Positions 29,640-39,470 of a stretch of 64,000 bases of DNA are shown here, one piece after another; position 1 is the stretch's first letter; the number at the start of each line of letters is the position of its first letter. The stretch is from Pyrinomonadaceae bacterium (lineage in GTDB: Bacteria; Acidobacteriota; Blastocatellia; Pyrinomonadales; Pyrinomonadaceae): positions 3,288 to 67,287 of the forward strand of contig DATEIS010000441.1 in NCBI GenBank assembly GCA_035278765.1, given 5' to 3'. A program made the translations under genes and the position numbers. Under the pieces are notes generated by a model, which saw only the letters and a program-made list of their open reading frames with translations, searched no databases and was not told the DNA's origin.

Positions 29640-30048
29640 GTTGGACCACGGCATTCGATACTGAACCGAGCAATAGTCGATTCCAGACACCCAATCCGCG
29701 TGAACCCATAACGATGAGATCGGCCCCCCAACTTTCTGCCTCGTCCACAATCACCTGTGCCGGTGAACCTTGAATAATCTCACTGCTGATTCTCAACGTT
29801 TTGTCTGTGGTTGATTTCAGTTTAAGCAGTGCGCTATCTAAAACGGCCTGGCCCGCTTGGCGAATCGATATCTCAAGGTTTTCGAAGTAGTCAGGCGATA
29901 CCGCCCACGGTTCCATTCCCACTGGTGCGGGAATCTCCACGGCGGTAATAACCTTGACTTCACTCTGAGGTGGCCACGGTCGCTTTGCAAGTTCCTGCGC
30001 TGCTGCATCGCTGCAAACCGATCCGTCAACTGCTAATAAGATTTTCAT
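29599..30048 (-). CDS. universal stress protein (single UspA domain)
   Basis: 149 aa. MKILLAVDGS... and GSRGLGVWNRLLLGSVSNAVVQHAKCSVEVVR. Confidence 0.85.
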   Translation of the reverse strand: MKILLAVDGSVCSDAAAQELAKRPWPPQSEVKVITAVEIPAPVGMEPWAVSPDYFENLEISIRQAGQAVLDSALLKLKSTTDKTLRISSEIIQGSPAQVIVDEAESWGADLIVMGSRGLGVWNRLLLGSVSNAVVQHAKCSVEVVRTPQ

Positions 30049-30128
30049 TTTCCCATACTCCCATCGCTTTCGCCTGCGGTCGGCATGCCTTGGGTTCTTT
30101 GTCTATCGATCGCATCATTGCGTTTGGC

Positions 30129-30581
30129 CTAATGATTATAGGAACTATGCCAGCCTCTTCCCGCGGCTGGCGCTCTGCCAAACACTCCAAATTCCCTGTC
30201 CAAAGGCGTCTTGCTTTTCACCAGCGTCGCGCAAAGCCAGTGCAGCAGAAACAGGAAACCCGGGGAGGCAAATGCTATGAATGCCCAGCCGCCAATGTGG
30301 TTCCTTAATAGATAACCATAGACCAGATAGAAAGCCAGCAGGCTCAAGAGCGTAATGGCAGATCCCAGGCCTTCCTTCCACCAGGCGACAATCATTCCGA
30401 TCGTTACGCCGATTGGAAAGAAAACAAGCCCGGCCCACTCGTTGGATGAGATCTCAGCTGGATGAAGAGCCTCTCCCAGAAAAAGCGAAATTAATAAAAT
30501 TATGCTGACAATACTTCCGACTCTCGCTAACAATTCGATTACCGCCAGCGACAAGCCCAAATCAAGTCTATTGGTAGACAT
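30129..30581 (-). CDS. small polytopic membrane protein, hypothetical
   Basis: Start set to ATG 30581 (MSTNRLDL) with GAGGAGG 6 nt upstream. About 4 hydrophobic helices. The 5' leader is part of the 47-nt repeat. Confidence 0.6.
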   Translation of the reverse strand: MSTNRLDLGLSLAVIELLARVGSIVSIILLISLFLGEALHPAEISSNEWAGLVFFPIGVTIGMIVAWWKEGLGSAITLLSLLAFYLVYGYLLRNHIGGWAFIAFASPGFLFLLHWLCATLVKSKTPLDREFGVFGRAPAAGRGWHSSYNH

Positions 30582-30618
30582 AACGCCTCCTCGTAGCGAT
30601 CGTGGCCCAGATGGACCA
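30572..30618 (-). repeat. 47-nt repeat copy A (leader + RBS + first 4 codons)
   Basis: 45/47 identical to 34366..34412. The minus strand reads TGGTCCATCTGGgCCACGATCGCtACGAGGAGGCGTTATGTCTACCA. Confidence 0.8.
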
Positions 30619-30658
30619 TTGTCAACCACTGTTATTGATAGCCCGCCCAGACCAGCGC

Positions 30659-31171
30659 TTACTTCATTGTGCCAATGGTGATCGTTACAACGGGCACCAC
30701 AGAAGCACCCTTGTTGTACGACACCCAGAAGCGCTCCGAGTCGTAGAGCACCATCCTGAACAAAGATCCGTCGGGTTTCTGCAGAAGAAGGCCCTCCCCG
30801 ACTACGCTTCTGTAATCGGGCGCTCCAACCCCACCAGCGTAATCGGCGGAAATCGTCACAACTTTTTGCTCGGTGTAACCGATCTGCGCCGTTTCATTCG
30901 CTGAGAAGACATAAAAATCCTGTTCATCGCTCTTCATCGCCGGCTCGCCGAGTTTTGCTCTCGCTTCCGCGGCCGTCATGCCGAGACGCACACCGCGATA
31001 CTCCCTGTAAAGCGGCTGCTGGACTTGTGAATGTCCCCTCTCAACTCTCATTGCCTCAGTTTTGGTTTGTCCACTTGCAATGACGCCCAATAGCAGAAGC
31101 AAAATTACGCCAATCGCAAAGAAAACTAGTTCAACGATCCGGATTCTGAGTTTTTCTGTGCTGTATCTCAT
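30659..31171 (-). CDS. membrane-anchored hypothetical protein with BamE/SmpA-OmlA-like motif
   Basis: Start ATG 31171, 1 nt after the Rieske stop. It has an N-terminal TM and GMTAAEARAKLGEP. Function unknown. Confidence 0.55.
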   Translation of the reverse strand: MRYSTEKLRIRIVELVFFAIGVILLLLLGVIASGQTKTEAMRVERGHSQVQQPLYREYRGVRLGMTAAEARAKLGEPAMKSDEQDFYVFSANETAQIGYTEQKVVTISADYAGGVGAPDYRSVVGEGLLLQKPDGSLFRMVLYDSERFWVSYNKGASVVPVVTITIGTMK

Positions 31172-31172
31172 T

Positions 31173-31688
31173 TCAATCACCTCCTCCGAAGCCTTGCGCA
31201 ATCATCTCGGTGTTTCTTCCAACGCTCTTGCCGACTGCCCAAACCTGTCCACCCGCGCGCATCTGTAGAACAATTTCATCGAGCGGTCTTCGCGGCGGGC
31301 CAAACATGACGTAGCCCATGCGGGCATCGAATGCTCCTTTATGGCAGGGACAGCTGAGACATCGACGCGGAGCATCGAATTCCACTGAACACCCCGCGTG
31401 AGAGCATCTGCGGCTGAACGCCCTGTACTCGCCCTCGTTTGAGCGCAGCAGCACAGCCGGATCATTCCTGGTTGGATAGTTGAAGTAGAGGCCTGCTCCC
31501 GATAGGAGCGTCTCGGCTCCCTCGATCTTCCGCGGCGGGTAGGCAACCATCGAGTCTTGCGCGGCCATGACTTTAGTTACAGTGGGCGCGGCCAGGACCA
31601 ACGCGGTGGAAGTCAAAAGGAGATCGGCGCAGAAAGCGCGTCGAGTGGCGTGTGATGGTTTGTTTGCGTCATCCGCGGCTGAATCCAT
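31173..31688 (-). CDS. Rieske (2Fe-2S) protein with Tat-type signal
   Basis: CSHAGC...CPCH Rieske motif and a twin-arginine TRRAF followed by a hydrophobic stretch. ATG 31688 is preceded by AGGAG. Confidence 0.8.
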   Translation of the reverse strand: MDSAADDANKPSHATRRAFCADLLLTSTALVLAAPTVTKVMAAQDSMVAYPPRKIEGAETLLSGAGLYFNYPTRNDPAVLLRSNEGEYRAFSRRCSHAGCSVEFDAPRRCLSCPCHKGAFDARMGYVMFGPPRRPLDEIVLQMRAGGQVWAVGKSVGRNTEMIAQGFGGGD

Positions 31689-31757
31689 TTTCAATCGCTC
31701 CTCTCGCCTGACACTTCCCGTGCCTTGGCCCAAATAGAAGCACCATCCCCAATAGGC

Positions 31758-31772
31758 GCAAGGTACGTGCCG
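31758..31772 (-). promoter_or_regulatory. candidate sigma-54 promoter (P7) for the Rieske-to-acyl-ligase gene string
   Basis: The minus strand reads cGGCAC-gtacc-TTGCg with exact spacing, about 69 nt upstream of ATG 31688. Confidence 0.55.
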
Positions 31773-32036
31773 AGCAGTGTTCGAAGAATCTGATAGGGAA
31801 AGAGGGCTGGGAAGGAGAAGATTGGGAAAAGTTCACCAATCAAAGCGCGAAAGCCCACACTCACTTTTCCCTCAGGAACTTGCCAAGGAAAGTCTGGAAT
31901 CCCTGCCATGAGTGAGCGGCACGATCCGGTATCCACGATTAAATTCATTGTTCAGCGTGTGAGTAAAGTTCCTCAGCCGGTTGGGCCAAAGCGCGCAGTG
32001 GGGAGAGAAAATTTCGGCAATTTCGACGCTTTTGGC

Positions 32037-32052
32037 TGGCACAATCATTGCG
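32037..32052 (+). promoter_or_regulatory. candidate sigma-54 promoter (P8)
   Basis: cTGGCAC-aatca-TTGCg, a perfect core consensus, 114 nt upstream of ATG 32166. It is divergent to P7. Confidence 0.6.
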
Positions 32053-32165
32053 GAAAACACACAAGAAGTTCGCGCCTTGTTCTTTGAGGCAGGTGTTCAT
32101 TGAGCAAGTGCGTCTATCGTTTTTAATTCGGGTGGCTCGGTTAACGAAACTACCTGAGACAGGAG

Positions 32166-32585
32166 ATGGTCATGAAAAGTGTAGCGTTCTTTGTACTAGT
32201 GCTTTGCGCTTTGATAATCGGCTCTGTGTCATGGGAAACCAAGGCATCGAACACAGCCCGCAAGCAAAGTGCAGTAATTAATTTCGATCGAGCTGTGGTC
32301 CTCCATGGCATGACTCTGAAGGGTGAATACCTGTTCGTACACGATGACGCGGCAATGCAACGTGGTGAGGCCTGCTCGTACGTGTATGAAGGCAATGCCC
32401 CGATTCCCAAGAAGTTAGTCATTTCCTTCCACTGCGTTCCGGTCCAAGGCATGAAGGCGAAAAATTTTATAGTTCGCTCAGTCGAGATTTCATCAGGTCT
32501 CACTGAATTGCAAGAGTTTCAGTTTGCAGGAGACACTGAGGGGCATGCTGTACCGACCTCGATGGACCAGCGTCTGAATAAATAG
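32166..32585 (+). CDS. hypothetical secreted protein
   Basis: 139 aa with an AGGAG RBS and signal peptide MVMKSVAFFVLVLCALIIG. I recognise no family. Confidence 0.55.
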   Translation: MVMKSVAFFVLVLCALIIGSVSWETKASNTARKQSAVINFDRAVVLHGMTLKGEYLFVHDDAAMQRGEACSYVYEGNAPIPKKLVISFHCVPVQGMKAKNFIVRSVEISSGLTELQEFQFAGDTEGHAVPTSMDQRLNK

Positions 32586-32741
32586 CTGTTGCTGCCGGCG
32601 ATTTTTTGACAGGATTTACAGAACTTGCGGGATGACCACAAGCGGCGATTCCCAATGCGTCCGTTTGTTCTTGGCAATTCTGTACATCCTGTCGATTGCC
32701 AAACTGTGAACACGAACCGTCTTTTGATGAAGGACAGCAAC

Positions 32742-33522
32742 ATGAAGAAGGAGCATCGCACGGCGAAAGAGAGCTACCGCATACGCACTCACCTAATCCA
32801 CGGTAATCACGAAAGCAAGCATTGGGACTTTGACCACCACCTGGTTCCGCCAATCTCAGCTTCAGCCGCTTACCGGCTGGGTTCAGTGCACCGGGGTGCA
32901 CAGGGTTTTGTCGAATTTGCTTCCGACGAAGCGGACGTCAAAGGGCACGTCCCGATTTACATTTATGACCGTTTGGACGAACCGACCCGGGGCATGCTCG
33001 AGGAACATCTGGCATATGCCGAGGGTGGCGAAACCGCAGTTACATTCGCGACAGGAATGGCGGCCATCAGCGCAGCCCTGGCTATCACCAACAAAGCAGG
33101 CACTGAGATTGTCGCGCATCACACCCTCTACGGTTGTACCTACAGCTTGCTAACAAACTGGCTGCCTCGGTTCGGCATAACCACTAGATTTGCTGACCTG
33201 CGAGATGAGCGTAGCTTCAGGCAAATTTGCCCCAGGAAGCATGGTCTATTTTGTATTGAAAGGTGAGGAAAAAGCAGCCACAGAAGCTGCCGACCGTTTC
33301 ATGGATTACGTTGCAAATCATGCTTACAGTGTTACGTTGGCGGTTAGTCTGGGACAGATCCGTACCCTCATCGAAGAACCTTACTCAATGACACACTCGG
33401 CGTTACCTGCGGAAGTGAAGCACGCCCGAGGGCTGGAGCCAGTCGGCATCCGACTTTCAGTCGGCCTGGAGGACTGGCACGACATCATCAACGATTTGGA
33501 GATCGCATTGGAGCAGATTTGA
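32742..33522 (+). pseudogene. Cys/Met-metabolism PLP enzyme (methionine gamma-lyase / cystathionine gamma-synthase-like) with internal deletion and frameshift
   Basis: The N-terminal part (to about 33215) and the C-terminal part (FAPGSMVYFVLKG...LSVGLEDWHDIINDLE) lie in different frames. About 130-140 residues, including the expected PLP-lysine region, are absent. Confidence 0.7.
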
Positions 33523-34298
33523 TGGAGAGAGTTCTGAGCAAGGTGCAAGCTAATCATTGCCCAGCCGAGTTAATCGAAAGAAGAGACGTATCAGCGAATC
33601 TCGCGATATTCCGTTTTCGAATTGCGGAACGACCGTCCTTTACCGCGGGTCAGTATGCAACTATTAGCATCGCCGTTGATGGTGATGTGGTCGAACGACC
33701 CTACTCGATTGTCTCATCGCCTCATGAGACATTCCTCGAGTTCTTTATCGAATTAGTACCAGGCGGCAACATTACACCTAAGTTGTGGGAGTTGAAGTTG
33801 GGATCCACCATTTTGGTGCGACGGCGTATTGTGGGCCAATTTACTTTGGACACGGGCGTCACCCACCACTTGATGCTCGCCACAGTCACAGGCGTCGCAC
33901 CGTTTGTCAGCATCCTGAGAACTCAACAAATTGATCGGGAGCGCGGAGCGACCTCCAACCATCAATTTGTCGTCATCCACGGTGCAAGCCATTCGGCTGA
34001 TTTTGGTCCCTATCGCAGCGAGCTCGAAGAATTGTCACGTGCAGGATGGCTGACGTACATACCAACGGTCAGCAGGCCTTGGGCAGAACCAAAGTGGATT
34101 GGCGAAACTGGTCGAATCGAGGACATTATGCGCAAGCACGCCGACCAGCTTGGTTTTTCTCATAGCAACTCGGTGGCGTATACGTGTGGTCACCCGCAGA
34201 TGGTTACGAACGTCAAAGAGATACTGGCGCGCGCTCGGTTTCGTAAAGACCAAATCAAAGAAGAGAAGTACTTTAGCCTTGACGCCATCGATCAATGA
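33522..34298 (+). CDS. ferredoxin-NADP+ reductase family flavoprotein
   Basis: RPYSIVS FAD motif and TGVAPFVSIL NAD(P) motif. The ATG overlaps the preceding stop (TGATG). Confidence 0.8.
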   Translation: MERVLSKVQANHCPAELIERRDVSANLAIFRFRIAERPSFTAGQYATISIAVDGDVVERPYSIVSSPHETFLEFFIELVPGGNITPKLWELKLGSTILVRRRIVGQFTLDTGVTHHLMLATVTGVAPFVSILRTQQIDRERGATSNHQFVVIHGASHSADFGPYRSELEELSRAGWLTYIPTVSRPWAEPKWIGETGRIEDIMRKHADQLGFSHSNSVAYTCGHPQMVTNVKEILARARFRKDQIKEEKYFSLDAIDQ

Positions 34299-34365
34299 TC
34301 GGGGTTTTGTGCTATGAGTGTCGCGCCAACATGATATCCGGTTCTAGCTCCTGGCAATCGAACCC

Positions 34366-34412
34366 TGGTAGACATAACGCCTCCTCGTGGCGATCGTGGT
34401 CCAGATGGACCA
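34366..34412 (-). repeat. 47-nt repeat copy B (orphan leader + RBS + 27-codon ORF)
   Basis: 45/47 identical to 30572..30618. It contains the perfect 18-bp palindrome GTGGTCCA-TC-TGGACCAC. The ATG at 34375 opens only a 27-aa ORF that overlaps the FNR stop. Confidence 0.8.
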
Positions 34413-34657
34413 CCGTTAGTCGCTGTTCTTTTCAGCAAGGGACCTACGTACAATCTCTTCGTACTTGCCAAAGGCGCTCGCACTTCGCCGGACACAGGGT
34501 CCGGTATTGACACAACTCTCAACCCCCCAAGAAAGCCGCGATTCATAACGGGGAGCTTCACGCGCTGGAGTTGTGGACTTTCCCGCATCCGCTGCGCAAT
34601 GTTACTCAGAACCAATCACGCAAATCGATAATCTCCAGCAAATATTCCCCAGCCCTG

Positions 34658-34673
34658 TGGCATGTTCTTTGCG
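34658..34673 (+). promoter_or_regulatory. candidate sigma-54 promoter (P11)
   Basis: gTGGCAT-gttct-TTGCg with exact spacing, 40 nt upstream of ATG 34713. Confidence 0.55.
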
Positions 34674-34712
34674 CTCCCTTGCGGTAGGAATTGTTAATTG
34701 CCAACCGTCGAA

Positions 34713-35147
34713 ATGACGGAAAGCCAACCACTTGTTAATCAGGACAGGAAAGAAATGGAGGTTGAGGCCATGGCAACGGATGAGCGCGATATTCTCGAAC
34801 TCCTTAAAGATGAGTTGGACTTCATTGAGAAGGGAGGATACGGACGGTCTGTTCGTACGCCGTGGCAAAGCAAATCTACCTTTCAGGATTCCCTCTCCTG
34901 TATCAACTATGGTTATCCATATCGCGCTCACCCGTGCAACGAATGCCACCTGCTTGACTTTGTCAGTCCCGAAAACCGGACTCAGGAAGTACCCTGTCAC
35001 TTCATACCTTTAAATAGTGATGGAGAAACCATCGAGGATTTGGAGTTGCAGGACAATCAGGCAAAGCTCGAGCGAGAAGTTAGCGGATGGCTTCGTGCCA
35101 GGATTAAAGAGATCGAAGAGGAGCGAACCGAGCAGGCAACTGTTTGA
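34713..35147 (+). CDS. hypothetical protein (acidic, Cys/His-containing)
   Basis: 144 aa from ATG 34713 (the tracked start is TTG 34698). Contains CINYGYPYRAHPCNECH...CH. I recognise no family. Confidence 0.55.
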   Translation: MTESQPLVNQDRKEMEVEAMATDERDILELLKDELDFIEKGGYGRSVRTPWQSKSTFQDSLSCINYGYPYRAHPCNECHLLDFVSPENRTQEVPCHFIPLNSDGETIEDLELQDNQAKLEREVSGWLRARIKEIEEERTEQATV

Positions 35148-35172
35148 AGTCGCCGAAAGGGGGTTAAAAAAC

Positions 35173-35772
35173 ATGGTCACCACCGCAGTAGGCTCATTGA
35201 TAGCCATAGTAGCAATCGCTGCGGCTCTCTGGTACGGCTTGCGTTGGCTTGTTCGGTCTTTCTCCAGGTATCGAGGCTCTCGAATCATTACTTGTCCGGA
35301 AACTAAAAAGCCCGCCATCGTTGAGGTTGACTCGCTACATGCGTCGTTAACCTCAACAGTGGGCCTTCCTGACATTCGACTCGAACAATGCTCCCGCTGG
35401 CCCATCAAGGAACAGTGCGGGCAAGAGTGTTTGATGGATCTCGACGTAGCGCCCGAAAGATGTCTAGTTAGCGGCGTGCTAATGCGATGGTATCGCGACA
35501 AGAATTGCGCCTATTGCAGAAAAGCTTTCCCAGAACTTCATTGGGAGGACCACCGGCCGGCTCTGCTAAGCCCTGATAGAAAGCTGGTGGCGTGGAATGA
35601 AGTTGACCTGGATCAGCTCCGGAACGTGCTTCAAGCTTATGCTCCGGTTTGTTGGAACTGCTATATCGCGCAAAAATTCCGCGTGGATCATCCCGACCTG
35701 GTCGTTTTTCGACCCTGGCGGAACGGCATCTCCGGAGACGTGGACGGCTCGTCTGCGTCACGTCATCCATAA
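35173..35772 (+). CDS. membrane-anchored Cys-rich hypothetical protein
   Basis: Internal ATG giving an N-terminal TM (VGSLIAIVAIAAALWYGL). It has 9 Cys, including CGQEC, CAYC and CWNC. Confidence 0.55.
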   Translation: MVTTAVGSLIAIVAIAAALWYGLRWLVRSFSRYRGSRIITCPETKKPAIVEVDSLHASLTSTVGLPDIRLEQCSRWPIKEQCGQECLMDLDVAPERCLVSGVLMRWYRDKNCAYCRKAFPELHWEDHRPALLSPDRKLVAWNEVDLDQLRNVLQAYAPVCWNCYIAQKFRVDHPDLVVFRPWRNGISGDVDGSSASRHP

Positions 35773-35792
35773 ACCAAAGAAGTAGAAGAGAG

Positions 35793-35840
35793 GCACAAAC
35801 GAATTGGTGGTCCGGCGTCGATTTCGTTTGTGCTTTTTTT
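35793..35840 (+). terminator. Rho-independent terminator
   Basis: 11-bp stem GCACAAACGAA / TTCGTTTGTGC followed by T7, directly after the stop at 35772. Confidence 0.7.
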
Positions 35841-35855
35841 CGCTTAGACGATTCG

Positions 35856-35871
35856 TGGACTCGGAATTGCT
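35856..35871 (+). promoter_or_regulatory. weaker sigma-54-like promoter (P12) upstream of PFOR
   Basis: gTGGACT-cggaa-TTGCt has the correct spacing and TTGC, but the -24 element matches only TGG. It lies 40 nt upstream of ATG 35911. Confidence 0.35.
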
Positions 35872-35910
35872 CGGGCCTTAAGTATCACCAGTGCGAAGGA
35901 TTCTCAGAAC

Positions 35911-38900
35911 ATGAGAAAAACGGTAACCATCGACGGCAACGAAGCAGCGGCTTATGTTGCTTTCAAGACAAATGAAGTGATCGCGATTTACCCGATCACA
36001 CCTTCCTCTGCGATGGGTGAATCGGCCGACGCCTGGTCAGCCGCGCATGAGAAGAACATGTGGGGTATGACGCCACTGGTGCGCGAAATGCAGTCAGAAG
36101 GCGGTGCTGCAGGCGTGGTTCACGGAAGTTTACAGACAGGATCATTGACAACAACCTTTACCGCAAGTCAGGGCTTGTTGCTGATGATCCCCAACATGTT
36201 CAAGATTGCCGGCGAACTGACCAGCACAGTTTTTCACATCGCAGCCAGGACGATAGCCACTCACGGCCTCTCGATTTTTGGCGATCATAGCGATGTCATG
36301 GCCGCACGATCGACCGGCTGGGCCATGTTGTTTGCCAACTCCGTTCAGGAAGTGATGGATTTCGCATTAATCTCGCAGGCAAGTACATTGCAAGCTCGTG
36401 TTCCCTTTCTTCATGTTTTCGATGGGTTTCGCACCTCACACGAAGTCATGAAGATCACGAAACTTACCGATGAAGAAATTGCCGGCATGATGGACCAGCA
36501 ATTGGTGCGCGAGCATCGCGCACGAGCGCTTACTCCCGACAAACCAGTGATGCGGGGAACCGCGCAAAATCCTGATGTCTTCTTTCAGTCTCGCGAACGA
36601 GCCAACAGCTTTTATCTGAAAACGCCAACGATTGTTGAGAAAGCAATGGAAAGCTTCGCGGCACTCACCGGCCGGCGTTACAAACTCTTTGAGTTCGTCG
36701 GGGATCCAAACGCCGAGCGTGTGCTCGTAATGATGGGCTCAGGCTGCGAAACCGCTGAAGAGACGGTTGCATCACTTTGTAAGAGTGGCGAAAAGGTGGG
36801 CCTTTTGAAAGTCAGGCTTTACCGGCCATTCTCAGTTTCACATTTCATCGATTCCCTGCCAGCTTCCACGAAAGCGCTCGCAATTCTTGATCGCACAAAG
36901 GATCCGGGAAGCACCGGCGAACCTTTGTATCAGGATGTTGTGACTTCAATATCCGAGACAACCCGATTCAAACAAGGTGTTCGCATAATTGGGGGGCGTT
37001 ATGGTTTGTCGTCGAAAGAATTTACACCCGCAATGGTTAAAAGCGTTTTCGATGAATTGAAGAAACCTGATTCGAAGAACCACTTCTCAATCGGTATCGA
37101 CGACGACATCACTTTCACCAGCATTCCGTTTGACCAGTCATTCAGCACTGAGCCTGACGATCAAGTGCGGGCAGTTTTTTGGGGACTAGGCGCAGACGGA
37201 ACGGTAAGCGCCAATAAGAACTCCATTAAGATCATCGGTGAAGAAACTCCGAACTACGCACAAGGCTATTTTGTCTACGATTCCAAGAAGGCCGGCGCGA
37301 TGACTGTGTCGCATCTGCGCTTTGGCCCGCGTCCAATTAAGAGCACGTATCTCATTCAGCGCGCCAATTTCATCGCCGTGCACCAGTTTTCCTTCTTCGG
37401 CCAGTATGACGTTCTGGAAGCCGCCGTCGAAGGGGCGACCTTGCTGATCAATAGTCCTTACGAGGAGTCTGAGGTCTGGGATCAGCTACCGAATGCCGTG
37501 CAAAAAGTGATTATCGAGAAGCGGCTCAAGGTTTATGCGATCGATGCGAACGGTGTAGCGCGGAAGAGTCAACTTGGTAATCGAATTAACACGATTATGC
37601 AGACGTGCTTCTTCGCACTGAGCGGTGTGTTGTCGCGCGAGGAATCAATCATCAAGATCAAGGAATTCATCAGAAAGAGTTACGGCAAACGAGGTGAACC
37701 GGTCGTTCGACAAAACTTTGCCGCGGTAGACGCAGCGCTCGCACACCTGCGCGAGATTACAGTTCCTGAAACCGCAACCAGCACCATTGAACTCAAATCA
37801 AAAATATCTGCTGATGCGCCTGACTTTGTGCGCCACGTGACTGCCGAAATGATCGCTGGTCGTGGTGACCAGCTCCCGGTTAGTGCTTTTCCGGAAGATG
37901 GAACTTATCCCGTAGGTACCACGCGTTGGGAAAAGCGCAACATCGCGCAGGACGTGCCGGTGTGGGAAGCGGATTTGTGTATCGAGTGTGGTAAGTGCGT
38001 GATGGTTTGTCCGCATTCGACCATCCGAGCCAAAGTCTGCTCTGCTAATGATCTCGCTGACGCACCCGCAGGATTTAAGTCCATACCCGCGAAGTGGCGA
38101 GAGTTTCCCGATAAGTTGTACACGATTCAAGTGGCTGTAGAAGATTGCACTGGCTGCCAGCTTTGTGTCGAAGTCTGTCCGGCCAAAGACAAGAGCAACG
38201 TGTCGCGCAAGGCGCTCAACATGAAACCGCAATTGCCTTTGCGTGATAGTGAACGAATTAATTGGGACTATTTCTTGAAGCTGCCCGATCTACACAAGAA
38301 TGGTCTAATTGCATTTAACTCCGTGAAGAACGTGCAGTTGTTACAACCATTGTTCGAGTTCTCTGGCGCCTGCGCGGGTTGCGGGGAAACACCGTACATC
38401 AAACTGCTGACGCAACTCTTTGGGGATCGTGCAATTATCGCAAATGCCACCGGTTGTTCGAGTATCTATGGTGGCAACCTCCCCACAACTCCTTATACAA
38501 CCAATGATGAGGGGCGCGGCCCGGCGTGGAGCAACTCCCTCTTCGAAGACAACGCCGAGTTTGGCCTGGGCATGAGACTCGCCCTGGACCATCAGAAGGC
38601 TTACGCAAAGAGTCTCGTTCATCGGCTGCGTGATCTCATCGGCGAATCGCTGGCGGCCGGCGTGCTGAATACCGACCAGTCCACTAACGACGGCATTAAC
38701 GTTCAACGTGAGTTAGTGGCGGCATTGAGAGCCAGGATCGAGGCTGTCAACGGTGAAGAAACACGTGATCTGCTCAGCCTTGCCGACTCGCTTGTCGAGA
38801 AAAGTGTTTGGATTGTTGGCGGTGATGGATGGGCTTATGACATTGGCTACGGTGGCTTGGACCACGTACTCGCAAGCGGTCAAAACGTCAACATCCTGGT

Positions 38901-39447
38901 GCTCGATACAGAGGTTTATTCAAACACTGGAGGGCAAGCGTCGAAGGCCACACCACTAGGTGCAGTGGCGAAGTTTGCGACCGGAGGAAAGGCTAGCGCA
39001 AAGAAGGATTTGGGAATGACAGCGATTCGCTATGGCGATGTTTATATAGCCCAAGTGGCGATGGGTGCAAATGACACGCATACAATAAAAGCATTTCTCG
39101 AAGCAGAAGCGCATCCCGGTCCTTCGCTGATCATCGCCTACAGTCAGTGCATCGCGCACGGCATCGACATGACTAAGGGGATGCACCAACAAAAGCTTGC
39201 TGTGGATTCGGGTCACTGGCCTTTGTATCGCTACAACCCGCGATTGGTTGAGGAGAATAAGAACCCGTTTCAACTCGATTCGAGTGATCCGAAGATTCCA
39301 CTTCAGGACTACATCTACACCGAAGGTCGCTATCGGATGCTGCAGCAGAGCGAACCGGCTGTGGCCAAATTCCTTCTGGGCCAAGCGCAGAAGGCAGTTT
39401 CGAGGCGATGGCAACAGTACAAGAATCTTTCTGAGCAATCTGTGTAA
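35911..39447 (+). CDS. nifJ: pyruvate:ferredoxin (flavodoxin) oxidoreductase
   Basis: 1178 aa. N-terminus [28 protein letters not shown], two ferredoxin motifs ([24 protein letters not shown]) and the TPP motif [10 protein letters not shown]. Confidence 0.95.
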   Translation: MRKTVTIDGNEAAAYVAFKTNEVIAIYPITPSSAMGESADAWSAAHEKNMWGMTPLVREMQSEGGAAGVVHGSLQTGSLTTTFTASQGLLLMIPNMFKIAGELTSTVFHIAARTIATHGLSIFGDHSDVMAARSTGWAMLFANSVQEVMDFALISQASTLQARVPFLHVFDGFRTSHEVMKITKLTDEEIAGMMDQQLVREHRARALTPDKPVMRGTAQNPDVFFQSRERANSFYLKTPTIVEKAMESFAALTGRRYKLFEFVGDPNAERVLVMMGSGCETAEETVASLCKSGEKVGLLKVRLYRPFSVSHFIDSLPASTKALAILDRTKDPGSTGEPLYQDVVTSISETTRFKQGVRIIGGRYGLSSKEFTPAMVKSVFDELKKPDSKNHFSIGIDDDITFTSIPFDQSFSTEPDDQVRAVFWGLGADGTVSANKNSIKIIGEETPNYAQGYFVYDSKKAGAMTVSHLRFGPRPIKSTYLIQRANFIAVHQFSFFGQYDVLEAAVEGATLLINSPYEESEVWDQLPNAVQKVIIEKRLKVYAIDANGVARKSQLGNRINTIMQTCFFALSGVLSREESIIKIKEFIRKSYGKRGEPVVRQNFAAVDAALAHLREITVPETATSTIELKSKISADAPDFVRHVTAEMIAGRGDQLPVSAFPEDGTYPVGTTRWEKRNIAQDVPVWEADLCIECGKCVMVCPHSTIRAKVCSANDLADAPAGFKSIPAKWREFPDKLYTIQVAVEDCTGCQLCVEVCPAKDKSNVSRKALNMKPQLPLRDSERINWDYFLKLPDLHKNGLIAFNSVKNVQLLQPLFEFSGACAGCGETPYIKLLTQLFGDRAIIANATGCSSIYGGNLPTTPYTTNDEGRGPAWSNSLFEDNAEFGLGMRLALDHQKAYAKSLVHRLRDLIGESLAAGVLNTDQSTNDGINVQRELVAALRARIEAVNGEETRDLLSLADSLVEKSVWIVGGDGWAYDIGYGGLDHVLASGQNVNILVLDTEVYSNTGGQASKATPLGAVAKFATGGKASAKKDLGMTAIRYGDVYIAQVAMGANDTHTIKAFLEAEAHPGPSLIIAYSQCIAHGIDMTKGMHQQKLAVDSGHWPLYRYNPRLVEENKNPFQLDSSDPKIPLQDYIYTEGRYRMLQQSEPAVAKFLLGQAQKAVSRRWQQYKNLSEQSV

Positions 39448-39470
39448 TCTGTGGACAAAAGAGAGTCGCC

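Noticed and set aside
31691-32060. Small minus-strand ORFs (31691..31948, 31872..32060) in the Rieske upstream spacer
   Set aside because: They lie in the spacer that carries the divergent promoter matches P7 and P8. They have no RBS or recognisable features.
34340-34372. tRNA-like GGTTCGATTGCC (minus strand) next to repeat copy B
   Set aside because: The flanks cannot form a 5-bp T stem or an acceptor stem, so the resemblance is limited to the TTCGAT hexamer.
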